A stretch of 64,000 nucleotides of DNA, taken from the NCBI GenBank assembly GCA_965153285.1, contig OZ229125.1; one strand, given 5' to 3'. Shown piece by piece: positions 1 through 13,290 of this stretch; position 1 is the first letter of the stretch; each line of letters starts with the position of its first letter. A model generated the notes under the pieces. The model was not told where the DNA came from and did no database searches. It saw only the letters and a list, made by a program, of their open reading frames with translations. Made by a program: the position numbers and the translations under genes. The DNA is from Podarcis tiliguerta. Taxonomy: Eukaryota.

Positions 1-491
1 TTCAGTTTGGTATCATGTCTTCCGTGGAGGGAAGGTAAGTGGATGTGACACCTTTGGAGGAGGGGAGACCCCTTATTTGCAGCTCAGTAGCCTCTGGTTT
101 TATGCTCTTTATCAGATCCTTGTAATTGCTTATGCTCAGATTTTGGTCAGTAGAAAATGCTAAGATAGGAAGAACATCTTGCTGTGGTTTGTGAAACAAA
201 AATGGAGCATTGTAATGTGCTTATTTGTTTATTTATTACACTGGTTCCCAGCTTCTTAATTTCTCCTGGGTGGCTGTGAGGACCTATAAAAAAACAGCTC
301 ACGACATTAAAATAAATAATTTTACACCAACAACTCATTATTAAAGCAAAATACCAACAAATAATAACCAACTATCACGATTTCTCAAATATCTGGTGAA
401 AGAGAATGTGCTTGGCTTCTGTTAACCTAGTTCCAATAGGATCTCTCTCTGTTCTCAACTCTCAGGACAGGTGATTTATTTTCACACACAC

Positions 492-843
492 GGACGCGGG
501 TGGCGCTGTGGGTTAAACCACAGAGCCTAGGACTTGCCGATCAGAAGGTCGGCAGTTCGAATCCCCGCGACGGGGTGAGCTCCCGTTGCTCGGTCCCTGC
601 TCCTGCCAACCTAGCAGTTCAAAAGCACGTCAAAATGCAAGTAGATAAATAGGTACCACTCCGGCAGGAAGGTAAATGGCATTTCCATGCGCTGCTCTGG
701 TTCGGCAGAAGCGGCTTAGTCATGCTGGCCACATAACCCGGAAGCTGTACACCGGCTCTCTCAGCCAATAAAGCAAGATGAGCGCCGCAACCCCAGAGTC
801 GGTCACGACTGGACCTAATGGTCAGGGGTCCCTTTACCTTTAT
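492..843 (+). mobile_element. Sauria-type SINE, full length
   Basis: tRNA-like head (GGTGGCGCTGTGG A box, GTTCGAATCCC B box) and CCTTTACCTTT tail. Five more copies in the window. Confidence 0.9.
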
Positions 844-2023
844 TAGGATTCAACTAAATGTTTATATATGCTGGTTGTTCTGCAACTAGAATCGCAGGTC
901 CCTTTCTTGAGATCAAATCACAAGTTCTCAGAGGCCAAGTGCCACTCAATTTTTCTGCCCCATTTCTTACCACTGGGGTTGTAATGACTTATGGGCTGCA
1001 GTTTAAGTGTGCTCTGGCCTTCCATCCTGCTCAGTCAAAAACTGAAGAAGTTGAGCATCTCTTCTGCAGAGCAGAAGTGCGGTTGGCTTGTTGCACTCAA
1101 CTTGATTTCAATTCTTGGGAATTGCTTGCCTAAAACTCGTACATTACTTGGGTGCAGATTTGGCATCAGGAGCTTTGCAAGGCTGGTTTAGACGTATTTA
1201 GCCATATCAGGCTCCATTGAACATACAGTATTTTTTTGTGTTCCACCATTAACTGGACAACACAAGCCCCTAGTAGATCTGGAACACACTGGGTGATCTT
1301 AAACCTCAGTTTCCCCCCTGTCTCTTGAGACAGACGGATGCCAATAAAATAAAAAGGCCCACAAAAAGTGGTGAAGAAAGTACCTAGCTACACAATAGAA
1401 CAGTGTGGCGAAAGGTTCAAGTATGCAGCATGAAACAGGCATACCTGTTGGCTAGAGCAGGCATGAAAGGTGTGAGTATTGTGAAGCTGGTAGAGCCACT
1501 GGCATGCCAAGACAAAATGCCGCCCCAATCAGATGGTAAACTCCATCTAGGGCTAAATATTGGCATTAGACCAATTGGTTTATTATTATTATTTAAAAAA
1601 AGACTTCTGTGCTGCTTTTCCAGTTGCTTATCTCACAAAGTGGTTTACAATCAGTAAAATACATTGGGGGAAATATCAGTGATACGGCAGTGAAACTAAA
1701 AGTTGTATTGCATTCGACAACAGCAAGACGTAGGCACACTGGCAGGACATGGCAGGACTCTGGGATCATGATACAACTAGCCAAGAATTACCATAAGGGA
1801 AAGCCGAAAAGAATTTCCAAGAGAGATTTCTGGAAGTCCTTCTGATCAAGGCACAGCCCTTTTGCAAGGGTCTTTTTGGGGGAAACCTTTAAGCAGGAAA
1901 CATTCAAGTGTGAAAAACGTTTATTCTGCACCTCCTTGGATAATGATGAGAAACCTTAAGGAAATGTTTTTTGGGGTATGAGAAGAGATTCCCCTGCTTC
2001 TAGTTTTTCATTTTTATTTCTAG

Positions 2024-2230
<207 letters not shown>

Positions 2231-3108
2231 TAGAACATATTCATGGAAGGCCATCACTTGATCCAGACCTGGATCTACAGCAGGTTGTTGCTTTCTGCAA
2301 GTAGAAAAGTAGCAAGCCTGGGAGGAAGCTGCTTGCCTGGCCCCTTGCATGCAGGACTGTTTTTTCTGTTTCCAGGGAGTTCTTAGAAACAGCGAAGTAT
2401 TGAAAAACAATGTGTGCCTTCCTTGCAGTCTGAAATAGTGTGGTTTGTTTCAGCCTCCCGATTGTGCTACATGCATCCTCCAGACCTGTGAGCCTCTAAT
2501 CCAGTGTTCCTGAGGCCTCTGGCTTGCTCAGTTTGGGGAGGGAAGGTGTTGAGCTGGCCTCTGAGCTAAAGCCGGCAGGTAGTAGTGCTCTGTTCACATA
2601 GTAAGGCCAGCGGGCCAGACTTCCGATAGGCATCCCAGCTCTGGCTAACCCGAAGGCTTCATGCTGCCTGCTAAATGGAGGCAATGATGTTGCTCACTCC
2701 TCTTCTGTACTGTGCTTGAAGACGGGGGGTTTTGGGTCCTGGGTCCTGTACACACCTGTTCCTAGGTAGCGTACTAGGCGAAGTCACAGCCTCCAGCTTT
2801 GAGGTTCTTTGTTCAAGCCTTGGGGATATGGACAACAATATTACAGGCCCTTCAGTTTTTATAGTGAAAACACCATGACGGGGGGAATTTTAGCACATTC
2901 TGTGGTCACTGAAACTACACACTACTTAAGACAGCATTTATTTTACTTACCTGGGGGGTGGAGGGCTTACCACACAACAGCTGCCTAGTCTCTGACTGAG
3001 CACATGAAGATCCTAGTGTGCTCTTGTGTATTGTATGCAGCTTTAGGAAAGAATCTGCATGCTGACATGTTTATCACGCAACCCCCCCGTTTTGTTCTCT
3101 CCCCTTAA

Positions 3109-3357
<249 letters not shown>

Positions 3358-5646
3358 TGACTGTTCACTCATGCAATAACAGTTCTTTCTGAAAGGCAAG
3401 ACACAGAAGGTACCAAGATGCCTGGAAAAAGACAGGTAAAATAGCCTGTTGGTCTGTGGTCTCATGGATGGAGAAACAACTCCCAAATCTTTGGGGCAGG
3501 GTAGAGAAGAAGCACAGTTGAGGTCTAGGACAGAGCAGCAGGCTGCATTGGAGCAGGCTGGAGACCAGGAGCAGACTTGGGTCCACCTGGTGCTTCCCAA
3601 CTGATGTTAAATACCATCTTTTGAGCCCTGGTTTTTGCCATCCTCAGGCAGAGGAGGGATTCTGGCCAAACCCCAGGAGTTGCAGGCCATGGGCAGCTTG
3701 ATGAGCACTTTTGAACCTTCATTGACATGACATGTTGGTGGCAATGTTCAGGGGAGCTAAGGCGTGACTTTGTGTGAGTTAGTGAGGTGAGCTTTCAGTA
3801 GCACCCCAGCAGCTGCAGAAATAAGATGCTGTTTTTGGTTCCTTCCCTTGCTCAACTGAATATGGGTGGGCTGCATTCCTTGCCCTGCAATGCACTCTAC
3901 CTAGACTAGTCCTATTCATTCTCATTCTGGCTTGGAGTCCTCATTTCCCATGGTGCATCCTCGTAGCTTATCCCTGTCATTTATGTCATATCCCCACCAG
4001 GCCTTCTTTGCAGGTCTGTTGCCCCAGGACATCAGTTTTGCAAAATTTTGTTTGACTGGGGAGGGGGTTGATGTTGTAAATTCTGCCTGCCAGCTGGCAC
4101 AGGCCCACACTCCACCCCTTGGTTTTGATGGTTCCTCAACACTTGGCTTTGTGGGCTTCCTCTCCACTGTGTGTGTGCGTCATCTAGTGGGCCATTCCAG
4201 TTGAAACATGGAAGGTGACACTGTCCTGCTCCACCTTTTTAGGAGGTGTTTGAGAGAAGGATCTACCCACTGGAACACAGGAGGTGACCCTTCTGCCTCA
4301 TTTTCCAGAGGAAAATGATAGGACTTTGTTGCTAATTTCTACACAACACAATTCAGAGAAGTTTGCTGTGCTTCAGAGGACAGGTGGGGCAAGGGCTTGG
4401 GGCTGTTGAAGTGTATGCATCACATGCAGGTAGTAGACAGGTGTGTAGGGCGCACTGCATCTGTCCCAAATTTACTTGTATGGCACACAGACTGCTGGGA
4501 GAACCCATAGAACCCCATATTCCATTGTTTTGGTTGTTCCTTTTTTAAAAAAGTATGTTTATTTCGTTCAGACTTGTCTTGAGAATCTTGAAACATGAAA
4601 GGAGGGTAACCAGTGTTTTTTCAAAAGATAAATTAATCTAATCTGAACAGCCCCAAGTCTCCCCTCCGCCATGGATTCATTGCATGGCCTTGGTCAAGCC
4701 TCTCTCTCTCTGCCTCAGTTTCCAGTATGTACAACTTGGAACAATAGAGACCTATGTAACATGAGAAGGGTGTTATGAGGGTGAAGACAGAATGAATGGA
4801 GCCATGCTTACTGATGTACCCTGCCCAACCAGTTTGAAGGTCTCCATTGCGTGATGTAATGTAAGGGTGTCCTGGGACTGCAGCCTAGACTGTGATGGGC
4901 AGCCTAGTTCTGCTCAATCTACCTTTCCGTTTTGTTAAACTACAATTCTTGTTGTCTCTTGATGTGTATTTAAATTTATAAAGCAAGAGTGCATCCTTAG
5001 GCTCTCCTGATATTAATGGCACTGCTAATCTGCACAAATGATGCTAATTATGCACTGTTGCTTAAGAAAGCGACCAGAGCCGTGCTGAATCAGACTACAG
5101 GCTCCTCCAGGCATCCTGTTTTTCAGCATTCATTCCGGTTTGCTTGCACAAAGCTTATGTGGTGGTTAGACTTCTCTGTCTTTATTAATTTTACTTGTTT
5201 GCAGGCCGTTAACATATATTCCTGTTAATCATTTGTTCATCCCACACTTTTCAATGTATCTCCCTGTCACTTTCCACAGAGCAAAATGTCCTAGTTTTTT
5301 AAAGTTGATCTGCTATGCTAGGGCAATAGAGCACTTTAGTCCCCTTGAAATGTGCAGACCCAAAGTTCTGGTCTTCAGTTGAATATCTCCTGCAAAACAC
5401 TGACAGCCTGGAAGCGCCCTTAAATACTGTACTCTGTCCAGGATCCCCAAAAACCAGCAGGCATCTGATGGTCCACTTTGGGAGGCTTCAGTCTGGCTTC
5501 TGCCCACCCCTGGTCCAGGCAGTGTTTTCTCAAATGGAGCCACAGTCACTGTGTGTAGATGCTGGGGACTTCTCACTGAGCCACTGAATTTCTGTTTCGC
5601 ATGTTGGGCCTCCTGCAAGTGAGATCAGGGGTCTTCAGTATGGGGG

Positions 5647-6165
5647 TGGGGTGGGGGCAGATTGTGAAAAGCACAGCCCCAAGAGCACCATGGTGACCTA
5701 GTTCACTGGCTCTCCAATTGGCCTTCAGCTACAGCCTAGAGATCTTTGATATGTGCTGGGTCTACTCTTTTAAGTGTGTGCCTTAAACCTGCATAACAAA
5801 AGCAGGAGCAAAGCCTTGCAGACCCAGCAGACAGGAAGCAACACTTTACTGCAAAGTAAAGCCCTTTACTCTGCCACACCAGCTGAGAGGCGGCAGGGTC
5901 TTAGGCCTTTCAGGCAGGAAATGACCATTTACTTTGCAGAAAAGGCTTTACTTTGCAGTAAAGTGCTGCTTCCTGTCTGCTGGGTCTGCAAGGCCAACTG
6001 GGCAGTGCATTACAGGGTGAAAAAATATGAAACCTTTATTTCAGTCTGGAGTTCATACCAATAAGAGAAAAAATATCATTATATTGCCCACTCCTGCCAC
6101 CAAGTCCAAGGCTGTAGCTGAAGGCCAGTCGTGGCTGTGTTTTTCACAGTCTGCCTCCCACCCCA
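5647..6165. repeat. Nested inverted repeats (foldback)
   Basis: Three concentric arm pairs; the inner pair matches at 50/51 bp. Confidence 0.85.
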
Positions 6166-6650
6166 GGCTTAAGCCCAAAATGCCTCTGCATAGCAAGTTG
6201 ACTACTAGTTAGCATGGAGTTGAATTTTCTTGACATATTATAGTAGTAAAAACCCTGTAAGCCGACTCGTTGGCTCGCTTGCCTGTAAACTTTCAGTTCT
6301 AAGGATTGATCAGTATTGTATTTGCCGTGGTGAGATGTGGGTGTTAAAAATGGAAAAGACAAGGAAATGCTTCTTGCCTTTTTTTTGTCTGAAAGACAAA
6401 AAATAGAATAAAGACAAAAATAGAATAAAATGGTGGCAGCAAGTGAAAACCTTTTATGAAGAGGGAAAGTTTCTGGATGTTAAAGCAGATTAAGCTACAG
6501 ATAAGCTGCCCTGTTTGTGAGGAAGTACAGCAGCAAAAATGTGGTATCAGCTTTCTGGGAATCTTGGCTGTCATTTTTAATATACAAAATATTTTAAAAA
6601 GCAACCCCGCTTTCCTCCCTCCTTCGCTCAAAGATCGCAGCATAACAATA

Positions 6651-6876
6651 CAGTGGTACCTCAGGTTACATGCGCTTCAGGTTACAGACTCCGCTAACCC
6701 AGAAGTATTACCTCAGGTTAAGAACTTTGCCTCAGGATGAGAACAGAAATCGTGCTCTGGCGGCTCAGCGGCAGCAGGAGGCCCCATTAGCTAAAGTGGT
6801 GCTTCAGGTTAAGAACAGTTTCAGGTTAAGAATGGACCTCCGGAACGAATTAAGTTCTTAACCCGAGGTACCACTG
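6651..6876. mobile_element. Non-autonomous Tc1/mariner (pogo/Tigger-like) MITE
   Basis: TIRs CAGTGGTACCTC...GAGGTACCACTG with TA on both sides. Confidence 0.85.
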
Positions 6877-7439
6877 TAGAAGATGAGACTCTATGCTTAT
6901 TGGCAATGCCTGCTGAGATCTCAGAAACCAGGCAGGTGAGTGGATCAGATCTCTAGTGGATGAGGGGCCTCAGGGTTTTAGTTAACGATAGCTCTTTCCT
7001 CCATTGGTGACTGGTAAAACTAGAATAAATTATACTGATAAGAGAAATCACACAAATATACTCAGTTTTGCTTGCTTGTAAATGCCGTGCAGAATTTGGA
7101 TTGTGCAGATTTTGGGGGGTATGTTTATTTTCAAGAATAATATCTAGTTACAGAATAATAAAAACGCCTTCAGCAGTACAGATAGTGCAGAATTAAAAAC
7201 AACAACAACATTTTAGCACAGAGTACCAAGTAGCTTATCTGCTTGGAAGGAAGCCCTACTCAGATTGTTTGGGGCTCATGTGCAAGCAGTTGTGATTAGC
7301 CCTCTTGGTTCTTCCTGCGCAGATCATATCCTGTAACGTTTTCTTCGTTCAGAATATTGCAGCAGAGTCTCTGGCTTTTCAGCTGAACTTCCTTGATGGA
7401 CTCCATTTAGGCACATGGCTTTCTTTCAACCCACTTAAC

Positions 7440-7445
<6 letters not shown>

Positions 7446-7471
<26 letters not shown>
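7446..7471. repeat. (TG)n microsatellite
   Basis: Visible dinucleotide run. Others at ~41920-41939 and ~43765-43790. Confidence 0.95.
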
Positions 7472-7472
<1 letters not shown>

Positions 7473-7893
7473 CTCCCCATCCAGCAGCGGAAGGAGATTT
7501 CCTGGTGCTATTCACAAAGCAATTCTTGGCAGCACAAAGAGAGAGTGGCATGCAAGTGTGGCTTTGCTCCACCTTCTTTTTCAATGGCAAAGATGTGCTT
7601 GAGCCTGTGCTGTACTTTGATTGTTGGTGTTCAGAGCCCCCGCCCCAATTTTCTCTTTCTTTTAATGGTGGGAGCAGCCTGGTATTGTCTCAGCACATCG
7701 CTGAGACTGTAATGCTGATTTATAGCCTGATCATACGTGATGTTGTTAGTCTAGGACCTAGAATCTAGATTAATTTCTCACATCTTGAGGGTTGGGAAGA
7801 GTTTGGAAGAGACAGACTAAGAGCTGGGGTGGGCAGAGCGTAATGGTTAAGAGCATGAGTCCTGTGCCATGAGCTTGCTCGGTTGCCTTAGGC

Positions 7894-8029
7894 CAGTGTT
7901 CCCCAACCTTGGGCCTCCAGCTGTTTTTGGACTACAACTCCCATCATCCTTCGCTAGCAAGACCAGTGGTCAAGGATGATGGGAATTGTAGTCCAAAAAC
8001 AGCTGGAGGCCCAAAGTTGGGGAACACTG
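7894..8029. mobile_element. Palindromic hAT MITE with 8-bp TSD
   Basis: Near-perfect 136-bp palindrome CAGTGTTCCCCAAC...GTTGGGGAACACTG, TSD CCTTAGGC. Degenerate relatives near 11660, 24050, 34135 and 46780. Confidence 0.88.
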
Positions 8030-8098
8030 CCTTAGGCTACCCACTGCCTCTTGGCCTTGCCCTTCCCACCTGGAAAATATGGGGCTCATACAGGGATA

Positions 8099-8455
8099 AA
8101 GTTAAAGGACACCTGACAGTTAGGTCCAGTCACAAACAACTCTGGGGTTGCGGTGCTCATCTCGCTTTATTGGCCGAGGGAGCCAACATTTGTCCACAGT
8201 TTTTCCGGGTCATGTTGCCAGTATGACTAAGCCGCTTCTGGCGAATCAGAACAGTGCACAAAAATGCCGTTTACCTTCCTACTGGAGCGGTACCTATTTA
8301 TCTACTTGCACTTTTTGATGTGCTTTTGAACTACTAGGTTGGCAGGAGCAGGGACTGAGCCACAGGAGCTCACCTCGTGGGGATTCGAACCGCCAACCTT
8401 CCAATCGGCAAGCCTTAGGCTCAGTGGTTTACACCACAGCGCCACCCGCGTCCCT
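8099..8455 (-). mobile_element. Sauria-type SINE with 13-bp TSD
   Basis: Reverse copy flanked by TCATACAGGGATA at 8086-8098 and 8456-8468. Confidence 0.9.
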
Positions 8456-8555
8456 TCATACAGGGATAGTTATTTATTATATTTTCATTTTCAGGGTGGT
8501 TTACAACAGGAATAAAACAATTTGAAGTGCTTCATAAGTATGAAAAGTTGTTGTT

Positions 8556-8556
<1 letters not shown>

Positions 8557-8590
<34 letters not shown>
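8557..8590. repeat. (ATT)n microsatellite
   Basis: Visible trinucleotide run. Confidence 0.95.
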
Positions 8591-8592
<2 letters not shown>

Positions 8593-10195
8593 CTAGAGGT
8601 CTGAACTGATCCTTCTGTTGGGCTTTTGAAATAAGACCAAGGGCTGCAGGCTGCTCACCACTGACACAGCACATTTTGAAGTGATTGTCAGCCCTTCAAA
8701 TTCTGTTCAGTAACAAATGGGTCTCGGGTGCAACTCAAACAAGGCTGCTGGCATCATGTGCTCCAGAAAGCAGGCCTCTAGTGACATTGTGCTCAGCACG
8801 GTAATGATAGGGGCCATTTTGCAGCAGCAGACACTTCCAAACGCTATTCAGGGGATGTTGCAGTAATTTAATCTGGATTTGACCAAAGCATATGTGACAG
8901 AGGCCAGATTCTGCTGGTCTCACTTAACCACATAATTATGTCAGTCTGGCCTAAAAAAAGAGAAAGAGAAATTGTTGTGACCTTTATGAGTCTTACTCTC
9001 AGCTGATGATTGAGTGAGTGGCTGTTTTTTTTTTTAAAGGGTTAAGGAAGCAATCCTATGAGAATTGATCTGTATCAAGCAGTAGCCAAAGGTGTCGGCT
9101 AAAAAATGCAACACTTGTGGTGTGTGGGTGTGGGTGTAAATAGATTTTTTTTGTAAAAGCCCCTGAAATATCTTTTAACATTTCACTTTGAACTCTGGAA
9201 GCGATCCTTCCCCACTGTGAATACATTTCCTCCCATAATGTTCAGAAATAATTTGAAAAAACCTTTGGCGGGTTGTAAATTATTGATCACAGAACTTACC
9301 ACTGGAAAGAATCAATTAAATCATTGCCTCCAAGCGCCTTCTAGGATAGGCTTTTTCCCTTCGGTAGATGATATATTGGAATATTTAATGATACCGCTTT
9401 GGTTCTTCAGTTTACTGCATTTCCTAATTAATGGCCTGTCTTTGTGCTATAGAGCTTGCAAGGCGGCTCACAGTATTGAAAAGCAATTGCAGTGCAGTAA
9501 ACCCGCAATTTACCTGGGGGTTACACTCTGGGATATTGCCTAAAGCTGAAACTGCATAGAGTCAAAACGCATTGGGTGCAATGGCGGCTGGGATTGCCAA
9601 AGTGTTTTTCCAGACGCCCACCCACTTTTTGACTGCCCTCTTTTTAATTTGTTAAATATGTTTTGCCAAGTGTGCGAAGCTGAAGGCACACAAGTTACAT
9701 GTGTGCAAGTTGTGGGCTTATTATATTTATTTATTTATATTTATAATCCCGCCTTTCTGTCATTTTGAAACTTAAAAGTACCATCCCTGAGAAGAAGGCT
9801 TTTACATACTCGGGTTCAGCAAGGTCGCAGTATCATCTTCCTTCTGATCATATCCTGGGACCAGCAGGCCCTAAAATGCAATAAAACCCAAAAGCACTGC
9901 TAAAAAAATATTCCAGAATTGCAAGTGTAAGAAACAGCAGCTCACCTCCCTCCCTGCCAAACCTCAAATGCCTGTATCATTCCATCAAATGATCGGAGAA
10001 ATAAAACAGTTTTAACTAACTGCCCACACAAAGCCAGCCAGGTTGGTGCCACACAGATGTTTCTGGGGAGTTCTTAAGAGGAGCCTTTCTGCCTTCTGTT
10101 CCAAGATGCTGCTTCCCACATCAGCCTGCAAGATGCTGATTCATCCAGGGCATGATGGCAACATCCCTCCTCCATTGCTTCGCTCTCAGCAACTA

Positions 10196-10761
10196 CCGTA
10201 TTTTTTGCACCATAACACTCACTTTTTTCCTCCTAGAAAGTAAGGGGAAATGTCTGTGCGTGTTATGGAGCGAATGCCTGCGGGTGGCGGGGGGGATCTG
10301 CTGCAGTCGTGAGCAGAGGATCCATGGTTCCCCTTCTTTCCCTCCTCCGTGGTTACAAAGCATGGATCCACATGGATCCTCAGGATTTTTGCATTGGGCT
10401 ACTCCAAACTCATATGTCTGTGGCCACAGCATGAACCACAAAAATCATATATCCACTATTTCGTTTAGAATATTTTTTTCCTTGTTTTCCTCCTCTAAAA
10501 ACTACCGTATTTTTTGCTCTATAAGACTCACTTTTTCCCTCCTAAAAAGTAAGAGGAAATGTGTGTGCATCTTATGGAGCGAATGCAGGCTGCACAGCTA
10601 TCCCAGAAGCCAGAACAGCAAGAGAGATTGCTGCTTTCGCTGCACAGCAATCCCTATTGTTCTGGATTCTGAGCTTCAGAATATTTTTTTTTCTTGTTTT
10701 CCTCTTCCAAAAACTAGGTGCGTCTCATGGGCTGGTGCGTCTTATAGAGCGAAAAATACGG
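10196..10761 (+). mobile_element. Composite CCGTA-TIR MITE (subfamily A left part plus complete subfamily B copy at 10505-10761)
   Basis: Two left TIRs (TA|CCGTATTTTTTGC at 10196 and 10505) and one right TIR (GAAAAATACGG|TA). Confidence 0.85.
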
Positions 10762-12811
10762 TAATCAGTGATGTACTGGGGCTTCCAATTTGCCATCATG
10801 GTTAATTGCTGCTGATAGAGCTCTCTGCTTTGTAGCAACCTTCCTCAGAGGCTGACACCTCTTGTCAGCCCAGTGGCTTGGGAGGATGGTATTTGTGACC
10901 CTGAGCACCCAGTTAGGGAAGGCTGCTTTATAGAAATACAACTTGATTTACTGGACGAGAGCTAAGAGCTCATTGAGTCCAGGATTCTGATCCTAGCAGT
11001 GGCCGACTAGAGGAAGCTTCCAGGAAGGCACGAAGGCAGCTGCTCCCCTCCATGTTACGGTGCGCCGTCTTCTATTCGCAGCACATGCACCGGCCGTCTC
11101 TCACTTCTGATGGTTTTGCAGAGCACAGGGCACATTTCAATGAGATATCAAATTAGAGACATCGAGGGAATTGGCTGTGGGATGGAGGCTGGATCGCGAG
11201 GCCATTAGGAACTCAAATTGACGATTCGGAATTGATCGTCCGTGGCACGGGAGCGCTGCATGCCTTGTGACTGCCTTGTCTTGCGCATTTGAATTTTATT
11301 TCATTTTATTTTTCACACTGGTAAAACGGCTGAATTTGGTGACGCTCAGAAACCTGTCAGCGAAAATGTTGAGCAAATGATGTCTTTAATATTCCCCAGG
11401 CATCTGGCTGAAAACCTTTGGAAGGTCGAGGGGTGGAACGGGCGGCTTCCTGTTTGTAAGTCAAATTCTTTGCCAATTTTGTTTCCTGCAGTGCTCTCTA
11501 AAGAGAAAGAAAAGAAATAAACATAAATAATTTGAGTTCCTCTTATGAACATCCCTCTTTTAACATGGCTGGTTTCCCTTGTGTTTGACCATTTCAGTGA
11601 GAAATCTGGTATGGAACTGAAATCCTAGGCAAGGCGGCAGCAGCCAAGGTGGTGCCCTTGAGATATGGTTGGAGCACAACACCTGCGCTGGTTGGGACAG
11701 GTGGGAGTTGTAATCCCACAGCATATTGAGGGCACCCTGTTGGCTACTTCTGCCCTAGAAAGAACTTCCAGTAAGCTGAAACCCCGGGCTTGAAGGCTGA
11801 TAAAAGTGGCAGATATTGCCGGGACGGTTGGCCTGCATTCTGGGAACCTCATTATTAGCGGGGCAGAACTTGTTCAGTGGTGGAGCATGTGCAGAGGTGC
11901 TGTTTGTGGTATCTCCAGTTAAAAGTCTCAGATACCAAGTGATGGGGAAGCCTGAGAACCCCAAGAGCCACTGCCAGTCAGCATAGGTGGACAATACTGG
12001 CTAGGTGCCATGCTGCCTCCAGGCACTTGGACAGTGAGGCATTTGCCTGGGTCCCGAAACTGCCAGTGGGCTCACTGCCATCACAGCGCTACCATTTCCA
12101 CTAAGAAGACCAGGTGCGGCCTGTGCAAATTCTCACTTTGCATGTCCTGTCTCTCTTGGGTGAGGGGAAAGCACTGATACGACTGTGCCCTTGGAGCAAG
12201 CACCACCTATGGACAAATAGTCTGATCTGATGTAAGGCAGCTTCCAATAGCCCAAACCAGTACCAGCTGGATAGAAATAAGTTTCCCATTGATACAGCAT
12301 GTTCACTCAGGTGGTATGAGATCGTGGGAGGGGCTTCTGGGGAATGGATGTGCTCCCAGCACAATCTCCTCAAGGCGTAGCTTGGTAGCCAGGGGCGCCA
12401 AATTGAATAAAATATTGGGGGGACCCAGGTAAGCCCTGCCCCGATCCTATGCACCGTACGCCTCTAGCTTGTCTGTCTCCTCTTTCTTCCCCATAGGCCC
12501 CATGTGGGGTCCAAAGGCATTCTGGGCACAGGTCAAGGTGTCACTAGATGCCTGCATGCCACTTTCCAGTCACTGGTTAAAAAAGCAACCCTTTAAAAAA
12601 TCATTAAAAATGGGAGGGGCAAAGGGCCTGGGCATGCGCCAAGGAGCTGTATGAGGTTGCCATGGTACCACATTGGGAAACGCAGGTATAAGCTGTCTTG
12701 AGTGGCCATTTTGCTTAGAAATACATAGAACCCAAATGCTGTTGGCTGTGTCCCTAATACATTTCTCCTGCATTCAGAGTCAGAATGCAGAAAAGCAATG
12801 AGAGAAATATG

Positions 12812-13290
12812 CATTATTATTATTATTATTATTATTATTACCCCACCCCACCCATCTGGCTAGGTTGGCCCAGCCACTGTGGGCAGCTTCCAACACATTA
12901 AAAAAAAATCAAACATTAAAAACTTTCCTATACAGGGCTGCCTTCAGACATCTTCTAAAAGTTGTATAGTTACTTATCTCCTTGGCATCTGATGGGAGGG
13001 TGTTCCATAGGGCAGGCGTCACTGCCCAGAAGGCCCTCTGCCTGGTTCCCTGCAATTTCACTTCTCGCAGTGAGGGAACTGCCAGAAGGCCCTCGGAGCT
13101 GGACCTCAGTTTCCGGGCTGAAGGATGGGGGTGGAGACGCTGCTTCAGGTATACAGGGCCGAGGCCGTTTAGGGCTTTAAAGGTCAGCACCAACACTTTG
13201 AACTTGTTCAGAAACGTACTGGGAGCCAGCGTAGATCCTTTAGGATCCGACGGCCACTCCCAGTCACCAGTCTAGCTGCCACATTCTGGA
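12812..13290 (-). mobile_element. L2-type LINE 3' fragment with (TAA)n tail
   Basis: Minus-strand ORF VLTFKALNGLGPVYLKQRL...RAF...P.LWNTLP is typical of an L2 ORF2 C-terminus. Microsatellite tail. Confidence 0.8.

Noticed and set aside
492-570. tRNA-like A/B boxes
   Set aside because: These are heads of SINE copies, not tRNA genes.
10152-10805. 217-aa ORF and similar ORFs at 14041 and 16373
   Set aside because: They lie within non-coding MITE sequence and show no transposase motifs.
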